IMG/VR virus record: IMGVR_UViG_3300045958_000007
Location: 1 to 64,000 of that record
Length of the DNA stretch: 64,000 nucleotides
Reading direction: 5' to 3' (one strand)
From: a virus
Lineage: Duplodnaviria > Caudoviricetes
Below are positions 19,308-28,389 of this stretch, one piece after another. The position numbers were made by a program, and so were the translations under genes. Every line of letters begins with the position of its first letter. Position 1 is the first letter of the stretch. The notes beneath the pieces are model-generated. The model worked only from the letters and a program-made list of their open reading frames with translations, was not told the DNA's origin and made no database searches.

Positions 19308-21542
19308 TTATGCGGCCTGGGCGGCTTGCGGCCCAGCCGGTTGCTGCGCCTGCGCCTGTTGCGCGGCCTGCTGCTGGTCAAATTGCTGCTGTTGCTGTTG
19401 CTGCTGCTGTTCGTGCTGTTGCTGGGCCTGCTGCATCTGCTGCGCCTGCTGGAACTCCCGCTCCTGCCCGGCGGCGTCGGCCGCGATGGTGAGGTTGGCG
19501 TGCTCCAACTCGGCGCGGAGATCGAGCGCGTGTTTGACCCCGGCGTGATCGAGTTGCGCGAGCTGCGTCATCTGCGCGCTCTTGGCCGTGGTCTCGGCCA
19601 CCTGGAGCCGGGTCCGGTTGTTCTCGGTGTTCATCCGCTCCTTCGACTCGATATCGAGCATCTTGCCCTTGAGTAGCTGGAGCAATTGCTGGTTTTCGAC
19701 CGTGAGCGCCTGGATCAACTGCTGCCCCTGCTGGAGCTGCGCCTGGATGGCCGGCGGGATGGCGTGCTCGTCCTCGTCCTGCAGGTTGGCCGGGAGCATC
19801 TTCTTCAGGCGCTTGGCGATCCGGTCGGCGCCGGGGAAATCGGAATTCTCGAAGTAGATGTCGGCGACGAGTTGCATCAACTGCGGGTTGCCCTGCGCCA
19901 GCGCCATCAGGGTGTCGCGCGTCTCCTGCCGCGCCGACGTATAGCTGGGCCCCTGCTCCACGGTGACGTCGTACTTGCCGACGTCGAGGCGATGGTGCTT
20001 GGTGCGGCCGTCCTGGTCGGTGAACGGGGCATTGACCCTGATTACCCGCTGTTTCTGGTCCTCCCCGATGATGCGGATTTCGCGGGCCGTATCGTACTTC
20101 TTGGGGATGAGGTCGAGGAGGATGCGTCCGGCGCGCTTGAGGGCGCGCGCCAGGTTGTCCATGAAATGAAAATTGGAAACGTCCCCCTGCTTCTGCAGCT
20201 TGCCCACGGCAACGCCGGAGAGGTCCTCCTTGACCGCGCCGAGCGAGGGGTCGAAGTATCCGGTCGAGGCCTTGATGTCGTCCGCAGCCGCCGCGGCACC
20301 GATCGAGAGGGCCTGCACCGGCGGGTCGAAGGTCCGCCATTGGGGCTCGGGCGCCAGCTTGTCCCCCACGGCCACGGCGTCATATTCGAGATAGGCCGCG
20401 TTGTCGCTGTTTGCGCGCTGCCAGTCCTTGCGTTTCGTTTTGAACTGGCCGACCGCCCCTACCCATTTCGGTTTGGGGGCTAAGGCGATGGTTTCGGCTT
20501 CCATCGTCTTGTAGAAGTTGAGGAGCTGCTGCGGATCGCGGGCGAACCGCGTCATCGAGAAGATGCGGCGCTCGCCCCGCACGATCATCTCGAGGCCGGT
20601 CACCATCACGATGGGGATGGTGGAGCCGTCCCACGGGGTCGGCTCCTCGAGCACCTGCGCGCCGTTGATGATGTACTGGGTTACCTGCGGGATCGAGACC
20701 GTGCGCTCCAGGATCTCGCCGTCCGGGCCGGTGGCCCAGTCCATCGCCTCGATATCGGCGTCGGTGAGGCCGTCCTTCTCCTTGAGGTCCTCCAGGTATT
20801 CACGGTGAAGGGTTCCGTCCTCTTCGCGGCGCATCCGGAGGGTCTTTTGGACTTCCTGGACCTCCCAATACTCCGCGACGAGCCGCGAGGTGGCGTCCAT
20901 CCACCCCTCGTTTTCGAGGTCGGTGGCGAATTCGTCGGACAGGTCCGAGGCGTCGGGGCCGAAGCGCGCTTCAAAGGCGTCATTGGCGAAACGCTCGAGC
21001 ACGAACCCCCACTTGGCATCGGAGCGGTCGGGCTTCCGCGCATAGCAATCGAGGTAGATCGAAAACGGATCGTCGACCGTGACCGTCTTGAGGTCCTGGT
21101 CGAAGCTCTCGTTGTCGGTGTACTCGGAGGTGTAGCGCCAGTAGCCGAAGCCGCAGCCGGCGGCGTAGAACAGGGCCGTGTCGTAGGCCTGCTCCGCGTC
21201 CGAGTCGTACTCGATATGGCGGATCAGCCCCTGCAGGACCTTGGCGGTGTCGGGGTCGCCTGCCGAGTCCACCGGGTTGACCCGGATGGCCGGCTTGTTC
21301 TGGCGCGCCTGGTTGCCGAGTTGGGTAACCGGAGGCAGGACTTTGTTGAAGACGAGGCACGGCCGCGGCGAGGGGCCGCGCTCGCGATCACGCTTCACCT
21401 TCTGGTCCCACTGCTGGCCGGCGAGAAACTCCAGGTCGATGAGCGCCTCCCGCCTGATTTCCTGCTCGGCGGCGACGGCCTGCTGATATCTTTTCCGGGC
21501 TCTCTCGAGGACTTGCCGGTACTTACTCTGGTTGAGCGGCAT
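19308..21542 (-). CDS. Portal protein, P22 gp1-like
   Basis: DLEFLAGQQW, RPCLVFNKV, RHIEYDS, DPQQLLNFYKT, FHFMDNLARAL; Q-rich C-terminal barrel. Confidence 0.9.
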   Translation of the reverse strand: MPLNQSKYRQVLERARKRYQQAVAAEQEIRREALIDLEFLAGQQWDQKVKRDRERGPSPRPCLVFNKVLPPVTQLGNQARQNKPAIRVNPVDSAGDPDTAKVLQGLIRHIEYDSDAEQAYDTALFYAAGCGFGYWRYTSEYTDNESFDQDLKTVTVDDPFSIYLDCYARKPDRSDAKWGFVLERFANDAFEARFGPDASDLSDEFATDLENEGWMDATSRLVAEYWEVQEVQKTLRMRREEDGTLHREYLEDLKEKDGLTDADIEAMDWATGPDGEILERTVSIPQVTQYIINGAQVLEEPTPWDGSTIPIVMVTGLEMIVRGERRIFSMTRFARDPQQLLNFYKTMEAETIALAPKPKWVGAVGQFKTKRKDWQRANSDNAAYLEYDAVAVGDKLAPEPQWRTFDPPVQALSIGAAAAADDIKASTGYFDPSLGAVKEDLSGVAVGKLQKQGDVSNFHFMDNLARALKRAGRILLDLIPKKYDTAREIRIIGEDQKQRVIRVNAPFTDQDGRTKHHRLDVGKYDVTVEQGPSYTSARQETRDTLMALAQGNPQLMQLVADIYFENSDFPGADRIAKRLKKMLPANLQDEDEHAIPPAIQAQLQQGQQLIQALTVENQQLLQLLKGKMLDIESKERMNTENNRTRLQVAETTAKSAQMTQLAQLDHAGVKHALDLRAELEHANLTIAADAAGQEREFQQAQQMQQAQQQHEQQQQQQQQQFDQQQAAQQAQAQQPAGPQAAQAA

Positions 21543-21834
21543 GGGGGAGGGGTTCGGGCTCGGCCGGCACAACAACGGGCGCGCACTCGTGCGCCTTGCC
21601 GGCTCCGCCCGCGGCGCCGCAGAACGGGCACTCGTCGGTCATCGGCCGGGGGGTAAATCTCAGGTACGGCCGCAGGCGATCAATCATGAGGCGGCGCGCT
21701 TCGGGCGCGGCTCCTTCGAGCAGGCGGTCGAGCATCTCCGGCGTGAAAATGGCGTTCGCCATCAGGGCGATGCGGCGGTCGTCGCGGCGCTCCTGGGGCG
21801 AGAGTTTGCGGGGGCGGGTGAAGCGGTGGCTCAT
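21523..21834 (-). CDS. Small protein with CPFC...H.C motif, paralog of 13510..13719
   Basis: LDRLL...MIDRLRPYLRFTPRP; ATGA-coupled start. Confidence 0.55.
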   Translation of the reverse strand: MSHRFTRPRKLSPQERRDDRRIALMANAIFTPEMLDRLLEGAAPEARRLMIDRLRPYLRFTPRPMTDECPFCGAAGGAGKAHECAPVVVPAEPEPLPHAAQPE

Positions 21835-22067
21835 GCGGCGGGGTCGAACGAGACCCATTGAGTCGTGATGAGGCCGCGGCCTACTGGGAACATTCGCAGG
21901 ACTAAGCTGAAGTGGCGCGTCTCTTCCCGGTCCGTGGCGATGTTGTATGTGGTCATCCGCCGATGGATCGGCAGTCGCAGCACTAGCCGCCGCCAGACCT
22001 TGCGGCCGAAATGATGGTCGGAACGCCTCTCGGAGACGTAGGTGCACGGTGCGTATTTGGGTGTCAT
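21831..22067 (-). CDS. Hypothetical protein
   Basis: 78 aa, stop overlaps next ATG. Confidence 0.45.
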   Translation of the reverse strand: MTPKYAPCTYVSERRSDHHFGRKVWRRLVLRLPIHRRMTTYNIATDREETRHFSLVLRMFPVGRGLITTQWVSFDPAA

Positions 22068-22094
22068 GGATTGGGGGCTATCTTCGGGGCCGCC

Positions 22095-22304
22095 TTACTC
22101 CATCTCGTCGAGGAACCCCGCCAGGGTCTCGGCCAGGGCGGCGACCGCGGCGCGGTCCAGGCGGCAGCACGGCACCAGTTCGTCGCCCCACTCGACCACC
22201 GAGGCGTGGCTGAGGATCAGGGCGACGGTTTGCACTCCGTCCTCGCCGTCCCCGCTGTCGAGCTGTACCTCGACCACGGGATTGTCGGGTTGCTCGTCGG
22301 TCAT
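22095..22304 (-). CDS. Acidic hypothetical protein
   Basis: 69 aa, coupled start. Confidence 0.5.
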   Translation of the reverse strand: MTDEQPDNPVVEVQLDSGDGEDGVQTVALILSHASVVEWGDELVPCCRLDRAAVAALAETLAGFLDEME

Positions 22305-22591
22305 GCTGCTGGTCCGAGGTTCAGATCGCGCGTAATGGCGGGTGCCGGGTTCTTATCCGGCTCGCGCCATTCGGCGTTGCGGATGCGGTTCAGGTGAGTC
22401 AGCATCTTGCGTGGATCCGAGAACACGAACGGCACCGGCTTGGGGCCGTGCGTCATGTTGTGCTGCACCTGGAACCCGCCGCCGCCGAGTTTCTGGATAT
22501 GAACGCTGGCGATCTTCGGCGCCGAGACCTTGATCGGCTTCGGCATGGGGATCACTACCTTGGGGACCTTCGGAACACCCGCTATTTTCAT
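22301..22591 (-). CDS. Basic hypothetical protein
   Basis: ATG 22591 in ATGA overlap; K/P-rich N-terminus. Confidence 0.5.
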   Translation of the reverse strand: MKIAGVPKVPKVVIPMPKPIKVSAPKIASVHIQKLGGGGFQVQHNMTHGPKPVPFVFSDPRKMLTHLNRIRNAEWREPDKNPAPAITRDLNLGPAA

Positions 22592-23064
22592 GACCGCATC
22601 CTGTCGAGACCCTGGACCTGCTTTCCCTTGTGCGCCGCGGCCACCAGCCGGATCAGCGCCGGCGAGGCCATCGGGGCGCGCTTCGGGTCCGGTCTCCAGA
22701 GATTGCAGCAGCCGCCCGGGTCGATCCGGCCGGCCGTGTCGCCCGGCGAGCGCCGGTTCACGCGCTCGCAATCGAGCTTTGAGATCGAAAAGTGTTCGCA
22801 ACGCTTGCAGGAGAAGCCGCCGGGGTTCTCCATGTAGCCGAGCTGGCCTTTATTGAACAGGCCGAGCCACGGGACGGCGATCCGCGATTCCCCGTGGGCG
22901 AAGTAGTTGCAGCTTCCGGCGTTCGCCGAGACGGGCGCAGAGCGGCCGTACCACGCGCACCCGAGCCTGCCATTGGGGAGCGCCTTCGTCATGGTGCATT
23001 CGCCGCAGCGATATTCCACGCCGGGCCGGTACTGGTAGCCGGCCTCCGCCTTCGAGATCTTCAT
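22588..23064 (-). CDS. Tandem HiPIP-like Cys-cluster protein
   Basis: Two GY....CxxC...C...C repeats, second ending IDPGGCCNLW. Confidence 0.55.
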   Translation of the reverse strand: MKISKAEAGYQYRPGVEYRCGECTMTKALPNGRLGCAWYGRSAPVSANAGSCNYFAHGESRIAVPWLGLFNKGQLGYMENPGGFSCKRCEHFSISKLDCERVNRRSPGDTAGRIDPGGCCNLWRPDPKRAPMASPALIRLVAAAHKGKQVQGLDRMRS

Positions 23065-23067
23065 TGT

Positions 23068-23268
23068 TCAGTCGGCGCGCATCCTGGCGAGTCCCTGGAG
23101 CTTTGCGCGGTGCTTGCGCTCCATGGCTTCGCCTTCGGCGGTGACCTGGTTCCCGTGCATGGCGCCGATTTTGTTGAGCGTCCCGTACACCGCGTGATCG
23201 AGGGCGCGGCCTTTCTTGCCCTTCGCGCGGTACTCCCGGCGTAGCTTATCTTCGAGAAAATTGGGCAT
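23068..23268 (-). CDS. Small basic hypothetical protein
   Basis: 66 aa, tightly packed in operon. Confidence 0.55.
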   Translation of the reverse strand: MPNFLEDKLRREYRAKGKKGRALDHAVYGTLNKIGAMHGNQVTAEGEAMERKHRAKLQGLARMRAD

Positions 23269-23271
23269 GGC

Positions 23272-25014
23272 TCATCGGCACCCCACCAGCGCATTAGGCA
23301 GCGGAAACAGGCATGGCGTTGGCCCGGGAATCGTGGACAGATTCGTAGGCTCGGATGGATTCCAGCTATACGGCGCGTTGCCGCTGATGCCAGGAATGCG
23401 GAAGGTTAAAGCGTAGTTCCGCATCGAGTCGCCGTTCCAGTTGTTCCCGGCCGAGTCCCCGACATTGCCGCGAGGTCCATTTTGCGGACCGGCATAGCCG
23501 ATGCCGCTGTCCAGTTTCCAGTCGGAATAGCTGGTCCCGGTTGAGCCGTAAGCGGCCGTAATGTTCAAGCTGACGCTGGTACCGCCCCCATAGCTGGTAA
23601 CGGTGCCGGTCATGTAGTTGGCCGGGTTCGCGGTCGAGTAGCAGTAGATGTAATCGCCAGCCCCGAAGCCGGAACTGGCGTTCGGGATCGCGAAGGTTTG
23701 GGAGCCTGTCTGGTCTGGATTGTTGGAGGTGGCACTTGCGGCGGCGCAAACGCCCGTCGAACAGTGGCCGCTTGGCGACGTCCATGCATAGCGCAACTCA
23801 AAGGTTTCGGTTGCGGCCGGCGTCCCCGACAGCGTAATTCGGACCGTATCGTTGGTTGCCCCCTTTAGGGCCACCGATGAAATGGTGAAGCCGCCTGCGC
23901 CGGTGTCCGTCAACTCGAAACCATAGTTGCCGTCCGGCAGCGCGGCCACATTGGTCGTATCGAGCACGAGCGGCAGCGTTGGTACCCAAAACTGCACGTC
24001 GATGTACTGGCCCGTGACCGTAATGGAACGCGGCGCAAACGGCTTCCAGCCCAGGTGCTGATACGTGACTCGCGCCAGAGCGGCGCCCTCGATGGCGCCT
24101 TGCTGCCGATATCCCACGGCCGTCTTGTGTACGCCATCAGGCCCATAGGCATAGGGGTAGTCAGGTCCAAAGCAGAAAATTGTCCCGTCCGAATAATGGT
24201 CAAGACACGCCTGAAACTGACCTACCGGAACACCATCCCCGCTGGTTGACGCTGTTGGCGTGCTACGGACGGAGCCGCCCAGTGAGGCAGAAGCCCAGGA
24301 CGACTTCTGCCAGATGAACAACGGCACCAGCCCGGTCTGACTCAGAACCGAGTTAAGCGAGGTCTGGTAGTCGGACTGAAGCTGAACCATGTCGGCCTCA
24401 TAGGTCGAGTAGGTGGTCGAGCCGTTCATTTCGCTTTCGCCCTGGTTATAGGAGACGGCCGGCGTGTAGAACTTCTTGCCCAGGCCGGTGGCAATCTGTT
24501 GGGCGCCCCACGCGCCCGAACTCGTTATGCCATCGTTCGGAGTTAGGTTGCCCACGGCGTCGTTAAATTCACAGTTCGGCGAACCCGGCGTGCCGCCTGT
24601 GCAACTGGTGGCGCCCTTTTTCAGGATCGCGTAGGACGCTCCCGGCCATCCGTAATCGTCGGTCGCGCAAACCCGACCCGTTGCCGTGTTGTATTGGTTG
24701 CACATCGAAGTCGCCGGGCTTTCCAGCGACGGGGGTGTGAGGCCGTTCCAGGTCTTGGGGACCAATGTGGTGAACGACGTATTCCCCCACGGATACAGGC
24801 CGTTGGAGGGATACATCATGAGACTGCCGTAAGCCGATCCCGACGTGCAGTTTGCATACCCGGTCGAGCTACAGTAGCCCGCCCAGCCCACGGACAGCGA
24901 TTGCCCGTACCGGACAATCCAGATGATGTAATTGCCGGCGGCGTGGGCGACACCGATCCATGCGAAGGCCAACAGAAGAAAACAGAGGGCGTAGTACGCA
25001 AAAGTGCGCTTCAC
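23272..25014 (-). CDS. Exported SGNH-type (sialate O-acetylesterase-like) hydrolase
   Basis: Signal MKRTFAYYALCFLLLAFAWIGVAHA-A; GQSL, NQGESE, DGVH catalytic blocks; several Cys pairs. Confidence 0.7.
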   Translation of the reverse strand: MKRTFAYYALCFLLLAFAWIGVAHAAGNYIIWIVRYGQSLSVGWAGYCSSTGYANCTSGSAYGSLMMYPSNGLYPWGNTSFTTLVPKTWNGLTPPSLESPATSMCNQYNTATGRVCATDDYGWPGASYAILKKGATSCTGGTPGSPNCEFNDAVGNLTPNDGITSSGAWGAQQIATGLGKKFYTPAVSYNQGESEMNGSTTYSTYEADMVQLQSDYQTSLNSVLSQTGLVPLFIWQKSSWASASLGGSVRSTPTASTSGDGVPVGQFQACLDHYSDGTIFCFGPDYPYAYGPDGVHKTAVGYRQQGAIEGAALARVTYQHLGWKPFAPRSITVTGQYIDVQFWVPTLPLVLDTTNVAALPDGNYGFELTDTGAGGFTISSVALKGATNDTVRITLSGTPAATETFELRYAWTSPSGHCSTGVCAAASATSNNPDQTGSQTFAIPNASSGFGAGDYIYCYSTANPANYMTGTVTSYGGGTSVSLNITAAYGSTGTSYSDWKLDSGIGYAGPQNGPRGNVGDSAGNNWNGDSMRNYALTFRIPGISGNAPYSWNPSEPTNLSTIPGPTPCLFPLPNALVGCR

Positions 25015-26102
25015 TGGATCACCAAGTCCACCACGACGACCACGTTGGCGTTAGTCGTGTAAGTGCCCGGCAGAAGCCCAATGTCCAGGGTTTGGCCTGC
25101 GGTCACGGCCTGATTGAGCCCAGACACATAGCCTTGCACTTCGGCGCTACCCGGCATGTTGCCGGTAAACAGATTCACCAGCGTCCCGTTGCCGCAGTTT
25201 CCGGTGTTCCCTGCCACGCAAATTGCAATTTGCGTGTTCCCCCCGGGCGAGGTTGAACCGGCGCTATTGAGCAGATTATAAGTAGCGGCCTTGATCGTCC
25301 CTGTCTTCGGCGAAACGATGGAATAGGTACTGCCGTTGCTCCCCGTGGACGCGCTATTCGGGTACATGGCGGCAAAAACGTAGGTAGACGTGTTGCTGGC
25401 CAGCGTAGAGTTGTGCAGATCCATGTGAACAACGGTCTGGCCCGTGCCGCCGCTCTGCTGCGTCCATGCGTTAGCGGAGCCGCATTCGTAGATGTTTTGG
25501 CCCGCGGTGGCGTCGGTAGCAAAGTAAAGCTGACCCTGTGTACAAGTTCCCGGCATGGCGGCAGTAGTCCCCTTTTGGACCGGGAGTGTCGTTGCCGCGC
25601 TCATGTCCTGCGTGGTGCCGGAGCTGTAGGTGTTGCTTGTGGTAGTGCTGACGTTGCCCGTGCCGGCCGGTCCCTGCGGGCCTGTCGCGCCCGTCGCGCC
25701 AACTGGCCCCATACTGCCGGTCGAAATCGAGCACGTCCCCGAAGTAGAGGCGCTGAACGTGATGGTGGTGACGTTGGCGCTCGTCGCCACGACAGACGAA
25801 ACCGAAGTAGACGCGCCCGAGGAGCCCAGCTCATTCCCCGAGGTGTCATAGCAGGCGACCCACGGCTGGCTCGTCCCGAGGTTGTGAGTGGCGGCCAGAG
25901 TCGTACCGGACGCGAAGGTGCATCCTGTCGTCCCGGTTCCCCCGGTGATGGAGCACGTCGCCGGCGCGGTAAAAGAAACCGTCGCGGGAGTACTCCCGGT
26001 CCCGCCGCCGCCGCTGCCCCCGGTGACGACGGGCGGGGCTACTGGCACCTGAGCGAGTGCAACGCTCGCGAGGCACGTACCCAACACCAGGGCGCGAATC
26101 AT
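25011..26102 (-). CDS. Fibre-like protein with signal peptide and short collagen-like segment
   Basis: MIRALVLGTCLASVALA-Q; THNLGTSQPWVACYD module; GPVGATGATGPQGPAG; CTQGQLYFATD...YECGSANAW. Confidence 0.65.
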   Translation of the reverse strand: MIRALVLGTCLASVALAQVPVAPPVVTGGSGGGGTGSTPATVSFTAPATCSITGGTGTTGCTFASGTTLAATHNLGTSQPWVACYDTSGNELGSSGASTSVSSVVATSANVTTITFSASTSGTCSISTGSMGPVGATGATGPQGPAGTGNVSTTTSNTYSSGTTQDMSAATTLPVQKGTTAAMPGTCTQGQLYFATDATAGQNIYECGSANAWTQQSGGTGQTVVHMDLHNSTLASNTSTYVFAAMYPNSASTGSNGSTYSIVSPKTGTIKAATYNLLNSAGSTSPGGNTQIAICVAGNTGNCGNGTLVNLFTGNMPGSAEVQGYVSGLNQAVTAGQTLDIGLLPGTYTTNANVVVVVDLVIQ

Positions 26103-26587
26103 TTCTCCCTCCAGACCAGGGTGATGTTTGCGGTTCCCGTGATCGAGGAAATCGTCACGGTGTAATTGGCTCCTGTCCCGGCTCCCGCTCCGAAAGACAG
26201 CTTGGAGAGGTCCAGGTTGATCGTGTTCGGCGCCGAAGCGAGGTGGGTGATGCCGCCGATCGCCGTCCCCGCCCCTACGTTCGATGCGGTCCAGACCGTG
26301 GCACTCGCCGGAGGACCTCCGGGCGGCAGCGCGGCCGCCGTGCCGGCGGTTGCGGTCGCGGCCGAGCCGTTGACCGATTGCGTGATGTTGCAGGTGACCG
26401 AGCAGTAGACCACGGCGGTTTCGAGCTGCAGGAGTTTCCCCCCACTCGCCGGCTGCTGGATCGTGAAGCTGGTCCCGGCGGCGGTGAGGTTGACGTCGCC
26501 AGTTGTGGCCGAGTAGCGATACTGCGCCAGCGCGCAGGCGGGCAGAAGACAGAGCAGCAGAGCGATGCTGCGAAGCGGGAATTTCAT
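26099..26587 (-). CDS. Exported beta-rich protein
   Basis: MKFPLRSIALLLCLLPACALA-QY; CSVTC. Confidence 0.6.
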   Translation of the reverse strand: MKFPLRSIALLLCLLPACALAQYRYSATTGDVNLTAAGTSFTIQQPASGGKLLQLETAVVYCSVTCNITQSVNGSAATATAGTAAALPPGGPPASATVWTASNVGAGTAIGGITHLASAPNTINLDLSKLSFGAGAGTGANYTVTISSITGTANITLVWREK

Positions 26588-26599
26588 AGGGAGGGGGAC

Positions 26600-26665
26600 C
26601 TTTGGAAACCTAACGGCGGATCTTTGGCAACTTACGGGCGAACCTTTGGCAACTCAGGGCGCAAC
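26600..26665. repeat. Three imperfect tandem 22-bp repeats
   Basis: ctttgg(a/c)aac units starting at 26600, 26622, 26644. Confidence 0.75.
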
Positions 26666-26970
26666 AGCGCCCGGGTCAGCCGGGCGAAAATGCCGCGCGG
26701 GCGGCGCGGGGCCGCAATCGCTACCGGCTCGACCTTCGCCGGTGAGTACTTCCGTTCAAACACCTCGCGCGGATTGAGGTAGGTATAGCCGTCCGCCTGG
26801 ATGACCACGTAATCGCCCGGCTTCGGCTGGATCCGCGCGAGCATCCCCGGCGTAGCCAGGAAGGTCCGATCGTTCTCCGTAACGATCAGAACGTGATCGT
26901 CATGGGCGGGTTGCCCCACTCTCGCGATGCGGAAGGCTTCGACCTCGATAGGCTTGGCGCGATACTTCAT
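26632..26970 (-). CDS. Conserved phage hypothetical protein
   Basis: MKYRAKPIEVEAF...PGDYVVIQADGYTYLNPREVFERKY; ATGA-coupled start. Confidence 0.65.
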   Translation of the reverse strand: MKYRAKPIEVEAFRIARVGQPAHDDHVLIVTENDRTFLATPGMLARIQPKPGDYVVIQADGYTYLNPREVFERKYSPAKVEPVAIAAPRRPRGIFARLTRALLRPELPKVRP

Positions 26971-27380
26971 TCGGCTTCGGCGGCCCCCTCGCGGGAAATG
27001 ACCTCGAGAGACGCGACCGCCGGATGCCGATCGAGCGCGCCCAGGACCTTCTCGGCATGGCCGGCATAGCGCACCCGGAAGCGCACGGTTATCACCTCGT
27101 GGGATGTTTTTCGCAGGATGTATCCGTCCATCGGCGCGTCGTACAGGACCTCCCAGCCGGGCCGCACCCGGACCACCAGGCCGCAGCCCGCGCCGCCCGA
27201 CCCGAGGAGCTGGTTGTTGCCCCAGAGGATGTATTCGTGGTCCTTGGCGTGGGCGGCCCCGTAGCGCACCGCCTCGAGACCTTCCGGGATTCCGGGGATC
27301 TCCGGGGCGGCGGGCGCCGGTGGGACGCATCCGGGCTTGCCGCAGTTGGGGGTACGGATCTCAGGCGTGCACCAGCACAT
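26967..27380 (-). CDS. Hypothetical protein with N-terminal CWCTP...CGKPGC motif
   Basis: 137 aa, coupled on both sides. Confidence 0.55.
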   Translation of the reverse strand: MCWCTPEIRTPNCGKPGCVPPAPAAPEIPGIPEGLEAVRYGAAHAKDHEYILWGNNQLLGSGGAGCGLVVRVRPGWEVLYDAPMDGYILRKTSHEVITVRFRVRYAGHAEKVLGALDRHPAVASLEVISREGAAEAE

Positions 27381-27851
27381 TTATGCCGTCGCCTCCACCT
27401 TCGCCAGCGCAAACTGCTCCTCGTTGAACAGGAGATAGCGTTCGCCATCGAGCATGAGGGCGCAGTCGCCGTTTACCTCGACGCCGTTGCGGCTCGTCGG
27501 CCGGCGCGGCACCAGGATTACGTCTCCCGGCGCGGTGTGCATCGGCACCCGGCTCTCGCCGGTCTGCTCCCACTCCCGCGAGCCGCACGCGCCGCACTCC
27601 CCGAACCCCGAGTTGCGGCGGTTCAGCAGAAACCGCTTTTCGGCGCCGCAGCTCCGGCACTTCCCGTGAATCAGCCGGTCGCCGGGCCCGACCGCCACTA
27701 CCTCGGCCAGAAAGGTATCCCCGGAATCGCCCGGCCGGTCCGCCCGAATGGCATCGCAGCGCGGCAGGAACAGTACCGCGGAATAGGTATCGAGCGGCTT
27801 TGCCAGAATCATGTCGTCGAGCAGCCGCAGGCGTTCGATGGTCTTACTCAT
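27381..27851 (-). CDS. groES: GroES/Cpn10-like co-chaperonin with CxxC-CxxC insertion
   Basis: LDDMILAKP, EVVAVGPG, VPMHTAPGDVILV, DGERYLLFNEEQ. Confidence 0.75.
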   Translation of the reverse strand: MSKTIERLRLLDDMILAKPLDTYSAVLFLPRCDAIRADRPGDSGDTFLAEVVAVGPGDRLIHGKCRSCGAEKRFLLNRRNSGFGECGACGSREWEQTGESRVPMHTAPGDVILVPRRPTSRNGVEVNGDCALMLDGERYLLFNEEQFALAKVEATA

Positions 27852-28151
27852 TTACTCATTCGCTCCCCTTGCTTTGGTTGTTCTTGGCGCCGCCACGCGC
27901 GAGGCGTACCGGCTATCCCGGAAGTAGCCGCCGTGGGCGGCGTCCTGGGGCCGCGTGATGGACTCGCGGCGCAGGTGTGGCGGCAGGGCGTTCGCCGCCT
28001 CGGCGCCGGCGAGGCGCGGCGGGGCGGCCTGGATCCGCTCGCCCAGGCGGAGCCCATAGTCCGGGTCGTTCTGCAAATCGCAGGCGTCGGCGGCGGCATC
28101 GAGCGACCGATAGAGCGCGCGCAGCGCCTTGGTGTCGGCGATCGCCTTCAC
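27852..28151 (-). CDS. Hypothetical protein
   Basis: 99 aa, coupled. Confidence 0.5.
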   Translation of the reverse strand: MKAIADTKALRALYRSLDAAADACDLQNDPDYGLRLGERIQAAPPRLAGAEAANALPPHLRRESITRPQDAAHGGYFRDSRYASRVAAPRTTKARGANE

Positions 28152-28387
28152 GCGGCCATCGAAGACAGCGAGTGCAGCCGGGCCGGGTTCAGCTTCATCC
28201 CCGGATACAGGCGGTGGACCTTGGCGCGGATCCGCTTCGCTACGGGCTTGCCCGAGGAGCGCGCGAGCGCGTCCTTGGCGTGCTCCTCATCTTCCAGCGG
28301 ATAGCTGCCGGAACCGGGCGCTTTTTCCGGGATGCCGAACAGCTTTTTGGGGATTCTCTTGCGCTCCTCGGCGGTGAGCTTCGCCAT
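28148..28387 (-). CDS. Small basic protein
   Basis: MAKLTAEERKRIP...YPLEDEEHAKDALAR. Confidence 0.6.
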   Translation of the reverse strand: MAKLTAEERKRIPKKLFGIPEKAPGSGSYPLEDEEHAKDALARSSGKPVAKRIRAKVHRLYPGMKLNPARLHSLSSMAA

Positions 28388-28389
28388 GG

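Noticed and set aside
19308-19480. Poly-Gln run at portal C-terminus as a novel repeat
   Set aside because: Consistent with the known helical barrel of P22-like portals
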